From Mobula hypostoma (lineage: Eukaryota), in contig NC_086097.1 in assembly GCF_963921235.1 (NCBI RefSeq), positions 69,070,001 through 69,134,000 of the forward strand: a stretch of DNA of 64,000 nt. Direction: 5' to 3'. Each line of letters opens with the position of its first letter. Positions within the stretch are counted from its first letter, which is position 1. Below are positions 1 to 12,560 of this stretch, in pieces. A program made the translations under genes and the position numbers. The notes below the pieces were generated by a model. That model worked only from the letters and a program-made list of their open reading frames with translations. It had not been told where the DNA came from and ran no database searches.

Positions 1-556
1 GGGTCAAAGATCTCCTGGGACTCAGGTTGGCTGGCGTATGCAGGATTCCCTGTGAATGCAGAGCAACGTATATCAGCCAGATGGGATGCCCCATGGAAAC
101 TCGCATTTAGGATCACCGGACATGTATCCGTTTGGGTTACCCGTAGAAATCAGCAGCAGCAAAACATTCCACTCCCAGTGGCCATAGGATTGACTTCAAT
201 GGCACAAATCGTACCACACCAATGACTTTTTGGACCATCTGCTGAAGGAAGTTATTGAAATAAAAGCAGAGGAAAAGAATTTTAACAAAGACAAAGGTCT
301 CACTCTAAGTAAGATCTGGAATTCAATTATAAACGAGGTGGGAGAGCAGAAACCAGATTGGATGAGGACTAACCAATCAGGAGGGATGGACTACAGGGGT
401 ATAAATACCACCAGCCTAGACATGTTCAAGCATCATCTCTGATGAAGATGGCAGAGTTTGGCATCGAAACATTAGTAATAATCGATATCTGTACTCGGGT
501 GGAAGCCCAAGAAGAGCTTATTCGTCATACATGCCGAGAAAGCACGAGATCCTTTT
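1..556 (+). mobile_element. Penelope-like retroelement 3' end: decayed GIY-YIG endonuclease plus terminal repeat (pLTR)
   Basis: Frame from nt 3 reads VKDLLGLRLAGVCRIPCECRATYISQMGCPMETRI*DHRTCIRLGYP*KSAAAKH..GHRIDF, then LKEVIEIKAEEKNFNKDKGLTLSKIWNSII. This is the GVYxIPCxC..YIGQT..R..EH pattern of PLE GIY-YIG domains, with in-frame stops. A TATAAATA and a hammerhead core follow. Confidence 0.85.
439..474 (+). ncRNA. Decayed hammerhead ribozyme core in the Penelope pLTR
   Basis: CTGATGA (439-445), stem II GATGGC..GGCATC, GAAAC (466-470). The following ATTAG looks like CpG-decayed GTCGG; stem I is not recoverable. Confidence 0.6.
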
Positions 557-1409
557 GAAGTATTATCTTTCAAATACAATAGCGAGGAGTAGAATGTCCA
601 TAGGTATACAGAAAATAAACCCAAAACAAGGATTTAATTTAAAGCAAAGGTCCACAGCTGTAAGAACCAAGTGAAGGATGGATGACAGAATGTATTTCTT
701 TCAGATAGAAAATGGTCAACAGCTGGAGTGGACTATTGGAAGGATGGCTGAGTATTTTTAATTTCCTTTAATGGATACATTTTTCTTCACTTAATTGTGC
801 TATTATTAGCAGATTGTATCTTTGGCCAAAGATTCATAATAATATCTCCCATGATAAAATCTCATGACACAATTACTTTTCCACTTGTACATCAATGGGA
901 ACACAACAAATGTTAGCAAATATTTATAGATTGTTGGAGAAAGAAAGATAATGTAACAGGCTTCAATTAACTTGGTGTTGATTAAAATTATGGACTTCAA
1001 ATATAAATCCACATTCAGCAAACACTTGTTAGCATGATAAACACATAAATAATAAGATAACTGAACAGGAACATTGCAATCCTGAAATTAACATGAAAAT
1101 CAAGAAATGCAAATTGTTTTCAACACTATGGAGTAAATTATAATTCACTATGCAATTGAAACAGAAGACAGGCAAACCCCATTCTGCAGGAACAAATTAT
1201 GTCTTGACATTTTATGGACACTTTACTCAAAAGTTCCATTATTTCAACGGATATAATTATTTTGTCCATAACTCTGGCCTTTTCTTTAGGTATCCAAGGC
1301 AGCAGCTGCCAGTCTCACTCCAAGTGGTTCTTTTTAAACAAAAGATTTTACAAAATATTAATTTGTTTTGCGTATCTTTCATTGTTGATGAATTTCTGGT
1401 GGATTTCCT

Positions 1410-1788
1410 CCTTCGGTTAAATTTGAAGATACCTGGAAACCGTTTATGCAACATTTTCCAAATCTTTTTTCTAAAATTATATGATGAGAGGAGCGGAGTT
1501 AGTGACATTATGGATCATGTTTGATACAAGTTGTTGGTCTAGCCCTGTTTTGCCTTTTTTTAGGTTTTTTTTTTCTTTTTCTTTTGGGTTTTTTTTTGTT
1601 TATATATATTTTTTTATTTCTTTGTCATGTTTAATCTCATTATGAGTTTGGAAGTCTTTTATTTCTATGTTACTTAAAATTCATTTTATATATGCTGATG
1701 AACATTTTTCCAATCTCTTTGTACCAACTTTGTTATTGAGTTTATAATTTTGAAAAATTAATAAAAAGATTTAAAAAGAAAATAGAAA
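1410..1788 (+). mobile_element. 5'-truncated L1/Tx1-like LINE 3' end
   Basis: ORF2-like end PSVKFEDTWKPFMQHF, T-rich 3' UTR, AATAAA and A-rich tail; flanked by direct repeat GGATTTCCT (1401-1409 and 1789-1797). Confidence 0.65.
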
Positions 1789-2139
1789 GGATTTCCTGCT
1801 TTTATTTCAGTCAAGCTACTCCTGGGGAACTAGTTAAGCTAATGAAAAAAATTGCAGCATATACCTGTCTGTAAAAATTGATGCACAATACCTGGCCTGG
1901 ATTTTACAGCACTATCAAAAATGAAAAGGTGATATTCAGCAATACCACACTGCAATAATTTCTCAAGTGTGTACACACAAGTGCACTTTCACAAGTACTT
2001 ACTTCTCTAAAAGGATGTGCCTATACTTAAGAAACAGGGAGGAACAAGCCAATCCAGCTTCTTGAACTGCTTCATCATTCAATCTAACCAAGGCTAATCC
2101 AGTCTTGGCCTCAACATCATTTGCCTACACTCTCCCCAT

Positions 2140-2540
2140 CTCAAAGTTCAATGTTCATATTAAATAAGTACAAATATGCCACCAAATATTACTCTGAGAC
2201 AGATTTTCTTATAGGCATTCATAGTAAATACTAAGAAACACAATGGAACCAATGAAAAACTGCACTCAAAGACGGACAAACTACCAATATGCAAAAGATA
2301 CCAAACTGTGAAAATACAAAAAAGAAAAAAAGAAATAAAATAATAATTAATAAATATTAAGAACATGCATTGTTGGGTCCTTTAAAGTGAGGCCATGGAT
2401 AATGGCATTAATTCAGTAATTTATCTATTCTGGTTCAGGAACTTGATATTTGAAGGGATAATGACCATTCCCGAACATATTGGTGTGGGACCTAAGGCTA
2501 CTCTACCTCTTCCTGATGGCAGCAGTGAGAAGAGAGAGGT
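2140..2540 (-). mobile_element. Rex1/Babar-type LINE 3' UTR fragment
   Basis: Clear similarity to 19565-19990, the 3' end of an element with a Rex1-like RT. Confidence 0.6.
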
Positions 2541-5500
2541 TTACCTGTTATGGACTAGGCCATATCCACTACTTTTTGTGGACTTTTCTCTTGGATCTTC
2601 ACCTTTAATATACATGATAATTCTACCACACAGTTCTCTGGAGCACTGAATTCCCAAAGTGAATAACTTCACATTTTCCCACATTATACTCCATTTGTCA
2701 ACTTCTCACTTAACATACCTATAATCCCTTATATTTCCTTGTGTCCTTATCAGAACCTGTCTAACCACATGTTTTTGTGACTGAAGCACACTAATCTATT
2801 ATGTCTTATCATGTGTCTTCTGGGTATCCAGATATACTACATCTGCTGGTTCTCTTTATCCACTCTACTGTTATGCCCTCAGAAAGTTATTACAAATTAC
2901 TTTTCTTTCATAAGACCATGGTATACCACCATGATAGATACTTGCTAGTTTGTTGTCTGTAAACTATATTCATTGTGATTGTTTGCTCAACCCACTTGAA
3001 GGCTTCATGGTTATTGGGTAGAGGATTCTGTTGAATTGACATGAGAACAGTATTTCTTTTATTATTTGTATACACAACTTTCTTCAATATCATTGGTGTT
3101 GCTTCACCTTTGGCAATACAATCCAACCCTATATGGCCTGTTCTTGAGAGAGAAATAGCCTGTATAAGGTAGTGTCACCACAAATATTAGCCAATCATTG
3201 GAATTTAAAATCAGAAAAGGAGAAAAATATCATTAGGGGATCTTCATGGAGACAGATTTTGCTATTTCTTTTGGATTGAATTATTTCCGTATGCTCAGTG
3301 AATCCATTACATTTGTGCAATAGATTACAACGGTTTCAATCACACATAACCTTTCAGTTCCATATATAGAGATTCAAGGGGATCCTAATCATCATCCACA
3401 AAGGAGGAAAATTCACTGAAATGAAAGCCATCTGCAAATAAATGCAATTACTCGAGTGGGTCAACACATTGCAGAATATTTGGGACACAACAGCATATCC
3501 TCCTTAACAGTTAACCCTATTGCAAAGACTAAACTAAATTGATTTATTTATGCATACACTTTCCAAGAATCGCATCTACTGCATATGTACAAAAACAATG
3601 AGCATTGAACAATTGCCATTGCACTGCATAACTACCAGGCTACAGTCAAAAATTCCTGAAAATTGTGCTGTGCTCGCATGTTAGAAAGGGGCAAAATAAA
3701 ACAGTTTTAAATCATTTAGAAAATTTACCGAACAAATTTAGTTAAATAACATATAAAGGATTAACATTTGAAACAATGACATTAATTAAAAGCTCTAAAA
3801 ATAAGTGCACAGAATGAGCTGCCACAAAAAATGTGAGTTTTGACATTATCATATTTAAAACAGACATACAAAACAAATGCTTATCTGGGACAGGCATTTA
3901 ATAATTTAAGTAATCATTAATATTTTTTAATCATGTCACACTGAAAATGCTATAATCTGTTATTGTTCCTTCAATAAAATGAGCACACATTTTAAATTAA
4001 ATTCATTTTAAAGACATTGTGTATTTCATAGTACCGTACTTACTGAACATTGAAATATCAAACATATGAAAAATATTTCATAGCACAGTATTTACCTAAA
4101 ACCTGCAAGGCTGATTCTCTCTGACTTGTAATAAGCAGAAGGTAGAGTACAGCAGTCAGATTACCCGGTGACATTCAATTTATTGACCTAATAGATAAAA
4201 TAATCCAGTTACTACAATAGTAGCTCTGTAAATGATTTTATTTCCCAACACTGCTGTTCTCATCACAACAGTAATGTGTGTTTGATTATCATCCGGGATT
4301 TGCGGCATTCTGACCTTTACAACCCACTGATCTGTCAAGTCATTGGTTCCCGGAAACTGCAGATCCACTCTAACAACACAAATTTTAAAACGTACCCTCA
4401 GCTGCCTGCCTTAGCAAGCTTGGGCAGAGAGTGAAGTAGCATTCTACAACCATATATGAGGTAAATTAAAGAATGCCTCTGCCGTGCATGACTCTCGTCA
4501 TAGGAACTGAAATTCACACCTCTGATGCTCATTTGGAATCATTAGAGATATTATTCAGAAATCCATCACTGCATAAAGTCCCATATATTACAATTCCAAT
4601 GTAATTCATCAGTGAATCTTCCCAAAGCTCATTTATCTTGCTAAACAAAAAGAACAAAGCAGGTAGATGAACTCATATTTTCTTATCCTCTGTCCCTGAG
4701 GAAAACAACGTTATGCATTTGAAATGTTAAACTCCTCCTCTAGTTCTCCTCCTTCCCCCTCCACCCCCATTTCTCTCTTGCCCATCCAGTTCTTTCATTA
4801 CCGTTACAACCTTATAAAATATGCAGCTAATAAATCATTATTCCGTTTTTAACATAGCACGTCTAAGGCAGTGTGTCAATCTAAAATGTAAACAGTATCT
4901 TTATTCTTGGAGTTATGGTTACTGAAAGAAAAGATTGCCGCTCGATATAAAAATGTTGTTTACCTAATGTTCCGATGCAGTTACTCAACTGCAAAATCAT
5001 TCTTCACACGCTGAAATTATTCTTTGACACCGACCATTTACTCAAACCATGACAGATGTGAGTGTAAGCGGGAGGATCCTTGCTCAGGAAGCAAATGACC
5101 TCCTATACCAGACCGATTACAGCAGTGTAATGCAGTGAAAGATAGATTCATTAAGCCAATGAATATCAGTGTCCCAGCTTCCCTCACTCCCGTCACTTGA
5201 GTGATAACTGTTAATCAGCCTGAACCTTTTCAACTGGAAGTAAGAGCGATTCTGTACGGTGGACTGTGGCATCATGGAGGGAACTGGCCATCACAGTGGC
5301 TTGGTTTGTTTTCAATACTTAGTAGGAACATAGTTAATACGAACAATGGAACGAACCCCTCTGCAATAGCTTTCATTCAGTTACAGCAGCAGCTATAAAA
5401 ACACAACTTTAATCCTCGTCAAGGTTGTCTAAAGGGCATATGCAAAAAAAGGTAGGAAACGAGGAACACTTTTCATAACCGCAGAGCACGGCAAAGACCT

Positions 5501-5683
5501 TTGATTAAAATTAGCAAGTTTGTTTGTCTTCTGCATTTAAAATAAAGATTGGACTCCAAGAAAATTTCAGATGGTCCGCTGAAATTATTAGATTAACGGA
5601 GTACAAGCAAAATAACTAAAATGTGGATTGGGAGTTATCAGGAAGCCTCGGCATTGCACTGATCTACTACGTCCTTACGGAAG

Positions 5684-5945
5684 GGTGCCACGGTAGCGTA
5701 GCGGTTAGTGTGACTATTACAGCCTGGAGCATTGGAGTTTGGAGTTCTATTCCGGCGCCGTAACCAGTTTACATGTTCTCCCCGTGACCGTGTGGCTTTC
5801 CTCTGGTGCGCCGATTTCCTCCCACGGTCGAAAGACGTACCAGTTAGTAGGTTAGTTTGTCGTTGTAAACTGCCTGGGGTTAAATAGGTGGGCAGCTGTG
5901 ACGGAAGCGTCTATTCCGCACTGCATTTCTAAATAAAAATAGATA
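5684..5945 (+). mobile_element. tRNA-derived V-SINE (HE1-like)
   Basis: Pol III A/B-box-like head (GGTAGCGTAGCGG..GAGTTCTATTCC), V-domain-like CTCCCCGTGACCGTGTGGCTTTCCTCTGGTGCGCCGATTTCCTCCCACGGTCGAAAGACGT, A-rich tail. Confidence 0.75.
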
Positions 5946-7599
5946 GATGGTTTCATACTTGCTGATGTAGCCAAGAATCTTTTAGAGTGAGGAGTGGGGC
6001 AGAATGAAAGGAGAATATGATTTATGGCCACCTCTATGAACTATCAATTCTCAGAAAACAGGCTGAATATTCGCATTTCCTATTGAGAAATGTCTTGATT
6101 GACAACATTAAAACGCTTTAATCGATTAACTAAGATTGATTACATTCTATCAAAATGCTCCTTGTTATATACTGTAAGAATAAATAATAAATATCGCTAA
6201 GTGTCACAGCAGTTCAGATGGGTGCTTGAGTGTAGACATAGAAATACTGTAGTGGTTTTTGTACGGATGATTCTAATACTATTTTATATCTCTTGGATCA
6301 TATCATTTCACATGCACTATGTTTTATGTTTTATATTAAGAGGTTATATTCAGTCACTAGGCAGACCATGTGGTGTGAAACTGAAAGACTAAACTCATTG
6401 TTGAGCCAGTTCTTAATTTTGAAATCTAATTAACAATTAGTGCCATGGAACTTGCAGCAACTGTTATCTTATTTCCCTTTTTTCTCTTCCCCTGATCCAC
6501 CTGATCCCCATCACCTATCACTTCCCTTCCTATTTCCCTATCGCCGACAGACTCCTCCCAATAATTCCTCCCTAGCACCACTCCCTTTGCCCTCTCCACT
6601 TCCCAGTCTTCATTCCATAAGACCATAACACCATAAGACAAAGGAGCAGAAGTCGGCCGTTCGGCCCATCGAGTCTGCTCCGCCATTTTATGAGCTGATC
6701 CATTCTCCCATTTAGTCCCACTTCCTCGCCTTCTCACCATAACCTTTGATGCCCTGGCTAGTCAGATACCTATCAATCTCTGCCTTAAATACACCCAATG
6801 ACTTGGCCTCCACTGCTGCCCGTGGCAACAAATTCCATAGACTCACCACCCTCTGACTAAAAAAATTTCTTCGCATTTCTGTTCTGAATGGGCGCCCTTC
6901 AATCCTTAAGTCATGCCCTCTCGTACTAGACTCCCCCATCATGGGAAACAACATTGCCACATCCACTCTGTCCATGCCTTTCAACATTTGAAATGTTTCT
7001 CTGAGGTCTCCCCTCATTCTTCTAAACTCCAAGGAATACAGTCCAAGAGCGGACAAACATTTCTCATATGTTAACCCTCTCATTCCTGGAATCATTCTAG
7101 TGAATCTTCTCTGTACCCTCTCCAACGTCAGCACATCCTTTCTTAAATAAGGAGACCAAAACTGCCCACAGTACTCCGAGTGAGGTCTCACCAGCGCCTT
7201 ATAGAGCCTCAACATCACATCCCTGCTCCTATACTCTATTCCTCTAGAAATGAATGCCAACGTTACATTTGCCTTCTTCACTACCTGTCATAAGGAGGTG
7301 GCTGGGAATGGACCCAAGTGCAAGACACAGACACTGAAGTACCAGGGATAGGACTAGGATACAGGGTGAGGGCAAGGACATGGACACGAAAACCAGGAAC
7401 CCGGAACAGGACTGGACAAGAGAGTTAGGAGCCCGGGCTTGGACTCCGAGCCAGAGACTGGACAAGGACCCAGTACCTGGGTCTTGCCTCTGGCTTGGAC
7501 CCCAGAACTAGGCAAGGACAAGGGTTGGCTGGCAGGCAGGATGAGGCTGGAGTCTGAGACTTGAGGTGAGGCTTGGCAGGAGGCAGAAGACCTGAGGCG

Positions 7600-8397
7600 A
7601 GGCTTGGCAGAAAGCTGGAGTCTTCAGGCTTGGGGCTAGGCAGGAGGCTGGAGTCTTCAGGCTTGAGGCTAGGCAGGAGGCTGGAGTCTTCAGGCTTGAG
7701 GCTAGGCAGGAGGCTGGAGTCTTCAGGCTTGAGGCTAGGCAGGAGGCTGGAGTCTTCAGGCTTGAGGCTAGGCAGGAGGCTGGAGTCTTCAGGCTTGAGG
7801 CTAGGCAGGAGGCTGGAGTCTTCAGGCTTGAGGCTAGGCAGGAGGCTGGAGTCTTCAGGCTTGAGGCTAGGCAGGAGGCTGGAGTCTTCAGGCTTGAGGC
7901 TAGGCAGGAGGATGGAGTCTTCAGGCTTGAGGCTAGGCAGGAGGCTGGAGTCTTCAGGCTTGAGGCTAGGCAGGAGGCTGGAGTCTTCAGGCTTGAGGCT
8001 AGGCAGGAGGCTGGAGTCTTCAGGCTTGAGGCTAGGCAGGAGGATGGAGTCTTCAGGCTTGAGGCTAGGCAGGAGGATGGAGTCTTCAGGCTTGAGGCTA
8101 GGCAGGAGGATGGAGTCTTCAGGCTTGAGGCTAGGCAGGAGGATGGAGTCTTCAGGCTTGAGGCTAGGCAGGAGGATGGAGTCTTCAGGCTTGAGGCTAG
8201 GCAGGAGGATGGAGTCTTCAAGCTTGAGGCTAGGCAGGAGGATGGAGTCTTCAGGCTTGAGGCTAGGCAGGAGGCTGGAGTCTTCAGGCTTGAGGCTAGG
8301 CAGGAGGCTGGAGTCTTCAGGCTTGAGGCTTGGCAGGAGGCTGGAGTCTTCAGGCTTGAGGCTTGGCAGGAGGCTGGAGTCTTCAGGCTTAAGGCTA
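7600..8397. repeat. 33-bp minisatellite, about 24 copies
   Basis: Unit GGCTAGGCAGGAGGCTGGAGTCTTCAGGCTTGA, near-perfect copies, no spacers. Confidence 0.97.
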
Positions 8398-8431
8398 GAG
8401 ACACCTCCTGGGCAGGGTGTTGATCACCACC

Positions 8432-8650
8432 CGACAGAGGCAAGGGACAGGAAGGAACAGAACCAACCGCAGGGAACGGCAAGATGGCCTGGCTTCCTCT
8501 ACGGAGGCAAGGGACAGGAAGGGACAGAACCAACCGCACGTAATGGCAAGACAGCCTGGCTTACCTGATGGAGGCAAGGGACAGAACCAACCGCAGGTAA
8601 CGGCAAGACAGCCTGGCTTACCTGGGTGGAGGCAAGGGACAGGAAGGGAG
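8432..8650. repeat. Imperfect ~55-66-bp tandem repeat (3-4 copies) inside the same LTR
   Basis: Recurrent GAGGCAAGGGACAG(GAAGGGACAG)AACCAACCGCA..GGCAAGACAGCCTGGCTTACCT. Confidence 0.8.
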
Positions 8651-8937
8651 CTAGGTACAGGGTGGCTCCAGGACAAGACTGCAGGCGAGACGAGGTGAGA
8701 GTTACCGGCAAGACAAGGCAGGGCTTCAGGCGAGGAAACAGAAGGCAGGGGAAGGGATACAAGGAGTAAGGACAAGAACAATCCAGCAACCACGCCCTGG
8801 TCTCTGAAGGTATTTATGCAGCCAGCCCCAACGAGCATCAGCTGACTCAATTAGAGCTCAACAAGAACAGAAACAGGGTAGACAGGAAAACCTGGAGCAA
8901 GGGTCGATGGACCGGACCGTGAACCGGAATACGGACT

Positions 8938-11210
8938 TCACGGACCAGACCATGACACTACCGACTCATCCTGGAGGTTAACCTTAAGAGTATCCTGCAT
9001 GAGGACTCCCAAGTCCCGTTGCATCTCAGAACTTTGAATTCTTTCCCCATTTAAATAATAGTCTGCCCGTTTATTTCTTCTGCCAAAGTGCATAACCATA
9101 CACTTTCCAACATTGTATTTCATTTGCCACTTCTTTGCCCATTCTTCCAATCTATCCAAGTGTCTCTGCAGACTCTCTGTTTCCTCAGCACTACCGGCCC
9201 CTCCACCTATCTTCGTATCGTCAGCAAACTTAGCCACGAAGCCATCTATTCCATAATCCAAATCGTTGATGTACAATGTAAAAAGAAGCGGCCCCAACAT
9301 GGACCCCTGTGGAACACCACTGGTAACTGGCAGCCAACCAGAATAGGATCCTTTTATTCCCACTCTCTGTTTCCTGCCAATCAGCCAACGCTCTATCCAC
9401 GTATGTAACTTTCCCGTAATTCCATGGGCTCTTATCTTGTTAAGCAGCCTCATGTGTGGCACCTTGTCAAAGGCCTTCTGAAAATCCAAATATACAACAT
9501 CCACTGCATCTCCCTTGTCTAGCCTACTGGTAATTTCCTCAAAAAATTGTAATAGGTTTGTCAGGCAGGATTTTCCTTTAAGGAATCCATGCTGAGTTCT
9601 GCCTATCTTGTCATATGCGTCCAGGTACTCTGTAACCTCATCCTTGACAATCGACTCCAACAACTTCCCAACCACCGATGTCAAGCTAACAGGTCTATAA
9701 TTTCCTTTTTGCTTCCTTGCCCCCTTCTTAATAGTGGAGTAACATTTGCAATCTTCCAGTCCTCCAGAACCATGCCAGAATCTATCGACTTTTGCAAGAT
9801 CATTGCTAATGCCTCCGCAATCTCCACAGCTACTTCCTTCAGAACACGAGGGTGCATTCTATCTGGTCCGGGAGATTTATCTACCTTTAGACTATTCAGC
9901 TTCCTGAGTACTTTCTCTGTCGTAATTGTGACTGCGCGCATTTCTCTTCCCTGCCACCTTTGAGTGTCTGGTATACTGCTGATGTCTTCCTCAGTGAAGA
10001 CTGATGCAAAATACTCGTTCAGTTCCTCCGCCATCTCCTTATCTCCCATTACAATTTCTCCAGCATCATTTTCTATCGGTCCTATATCCACTCTCACCTG
10101 TCTTTTACCTTTTATATACTTGAAAAAGCTTTTAGTATCCTCTGATATTATTTGCTAGCTTCCTTTCATAGTTAGTCTTTTCCCTCTAAATGACCTTCTT
10201 AGTTTCCTTTTGTAAGGTATTAAAACCTTCCCAATCCTCTGTCTTCCCACTAATTTTTGTTTCCTTGTATGCCCTCTCCTTTGCTTTAACCTTGGCTTTG
10301 ACTTCTTTTGTCAACCACGGTTGCATTCTTTTTCCATTTGAAAATTTCTTCATTTTTGGAATATACCTGTCTTGCACCTTCCTCACTTCTCGCATAAACC
10401 CCAGCCACTGCTGCTCTGCCACCCTTCCCGCCAGTGTCCCTTTCCAGTCAACTTTGACCAGTTCCTCTCTCATGCCACTGTAATTTCCTTTACTCCACCG
10501 AAATACCAACACATCAGATTTCCGCTTCTCTTTTTCAAATTTCACAGTGAATTCAATCATGTTATGATCACTGTCTCCTAAGGGTTCCTTCACCTCAATC
10601 TCTCTAATCACCTCCGGTTCATTACACAATACCCAATCCAGTACAGCCGATACCCTAGTGGGCTCAACAACAAGCTGTTCTAAAAAGTCATCTTGCAGAC
10701 ATTCTACAAATTCTCTCTCTTGAGATCCAGTGCCGACCTGATTTTCCCAATCCACTCGCATGTTAAAATCCCCCACAATTATCATAACACTGTCCTTCTG
10801 ACAAGCCTTTTCTATTTCATGTTGTAATTTGTAGTCCACATCACTGCAGCTGTTTGGAGGCCTATAAATAACTGCCATCAGGGTCCTTTTACCCCTGTGA
10901 TTTCTTAGCTCAACCCATAAAGATTCTGCACCTTCCGATCCTATATCACCTCTTTCTAATGATTTAATATCATTTCTTACCAATAAAGCCACGCCACCCC
11001 CTCTGCCTACCTGCCTATCCTTCCGATACACCGTGTATCCTTAGACGTTCCGCTCCCAGAGACATGCATCCTTTAACCATGTCTCAATGATGGCCACAAT
11101 ATCATACCTGCCAGTCTGTAGTTGTATGACAAGATCATCCACCTTATTCCTTATGCTGCATGCATTTAAGTATAACACCTTAAGACCAGTATTTGGTACT
11201 TTTTGCTTTG
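8938..11210 (-). pseudogene. CR1 ORF2 (endonuclease and reverse transcriptase), frameshifted
   Basis: ORF pieces 11041-11304, 10186-11031, 9681-10097 and 8938-9684 carry EN and RT motifs in different frames. Confidence 0.9.
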
Positions 11211-11475
11211 ATTTCACTGCAACTTTATTGCACTGCAACTCATCCCAATGGCTACAAATTTGCCCCATCACCTGCCTGTCTTTCCTGACATCTTTACTGC
11301 TCACTATCTTTCTGTTTTCCCCTTCCCCCGCTCTGTCATTCCGGTTCCTATCCCCCTGCCAAATTAGTTTAAACCCTCCCTAACAGCTCTATTAAACTTT
11401 CCCGCCAGGATATTGGTCCCCTTCGGGTTCAGGTGTAACCTGTCCTTTTTGAACAGGTCATACTTCCCCCAGAAG

Positions 11476-11745
11476 ATTCCATGCTCCACCTTCCTCACCC
11501 TTCAAACTCCATCATCCTCAATCCTTCATTACTTCTACTATCCCCTCCCAGTCTCTGATATCACTCCATTGTCCCCTCCTGGATCTACCTACCACCTATC
11601 AGCACATGCCTCTTTCCTTCCATCTTTTCATACTGCCTACCTCCCCTCTATCCTTTAGTCCAGATGAAGAGTCTTGACCCAAAACATTCAGTTCTGTCCA
11701 TTGATGCTGCCTGACCCTCAGCAGTCCCTTTTGTTTTGTGTGTTA
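11476..11745 (+). mobile_element. Penelope-derived pLTR copy with decayed hammerhead; its 5' part lies at ~6460-6618, split by the CR1
   Basis: Pyrimidine-rich tract, then AGTCCAGATGAAGAGTCTTGACCCAAAACATT..GATGCTGCCTGACC, homologous to 30700-31120. Confidence 0.7.
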
Positions 11746-12059
11746 CATTACATAAGGACTCGCCTACCTGGCAATCCTTCCCCACATGAAAAAGCACATA
11801 AATAATCACAGTTCAGAGCCTGAGTACATTTTCGTGTGAGGCCCCAAGACAGTAGCACTCTATCACACATCTGGGTCTAGGCTTAGAAAGACCTTTGTAC
11901 TTTACTCTGTTCAGTCTGCCATTCTGCATAGGCCATAGACAGCAAGAGAGGACTGAAAAATTCCTAAAGGTGGGGGACAATAAGGTGGGTCAAGCTTGGA
12001 GTCAAGAAGTGAGCAGGAACTTCCACAAAGAAGGCACGCCAGTAGCAACATTGCCTTAG

Positions 12060-12560
12060 ACGTCTGTGGAGATCTGGTATGTCACCAAAGACACTAACAA
12101 ATGTTTAGAGCTGTACTGTGGGGAGAATTCTGACTGGTTGCATCATGATTTGGTATGGAGGTGGCAATGAACAGGATCAGAAAAAGCTGCAGAGGGTTGT
12201 AAACCCAGCCAAACCTCCCCACCATCAAGGACATCTTTGAAAGGTGGTGCCTCAAGGAAGTGGCACCATTAAGGTCCCTCCCTGTTCAGGACATTCACCC
12301 TTCTCTTTGCTACCATCAGTGAGGAAGTGCAGGAGCCTCAAGACACATATTCAATGTTTTAGGAACAGCTTCTTCCCCTCAGCCATCAGATTTCTGAATG
12401 ACCACTACCTCACTTTTTGTTCTCTTTTTGCACTCTTTTTTAAATACTTTTATTTTGTAACACAGTAAATTTTTATGTCTGCTGTCACAAATCAACAAAT
12501 TTCATGACATATTGTATGTCAGTGATAATAATCCTAATCCTAATCCTGATTCTGATTCTG
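12060..12560 (+). mobile_element. Rex1/Babar LINE 3' fragment
   Basis: RCTVGRILTGCIMIWYGG..KKLQRVV and FRNSFFPSAIRFLN motifs; (AATCCT)/(GATTCT) tail. Confidence 0.75.

Larger units (their letters stand above)
7286..8957 (-). mobile_element. Solo LTR containing a minisatellite
   Basis: Termini TGTCAT...ATGACA (perfect 6-bp inverted repeat) and exact 5-bp TSD CTACC (7281-7285, 8958-8962); the CR1 sequence resumes across it. Orientation is inferred from a minus-strand TATA-like CATAAATA near 8815 and a U5-like TGTGTCTTGCACTTGGGTCC. Confidence 0.85.
6619..11475 (-). mobile_element. CR1 LINE, 5'-truncated in ORF1, interrupted by a solo LTR
   Basis: End of SGNH ORF1 (LHLNPKGTNILAGKF), APE endonuclease (YRPPN, GDFN, SDHN), RT (QHGF, DFQKAFDKV, GVPQGS, FADDTK), C-terminus 6712-7281, (CCATAAGA)n tail. 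Apparent TSD ATTCCAT at 6612-6618 and 11476-11482. Confidence 0.95.

Noticed and set aside
5684..5760. tRNA gene (also ~23930-24008)
   Set aside because: These are tRNA-like SINE heads running into SINE body domains, with no complete cloverleaf.
7600..8397. CRISPR-like array (33-bp repeat)
   Set aside because: Units are contiguous with no unique spacers, there are no cas genes, and the context is a eukaryotic LTR.
7508..8568. 331-aa and 343-aa ORFs as real genes
   Set aside because: They follow from a stop-free unit whose length is a multiple of 3, use non-ATG starts, and show no domain similarity.
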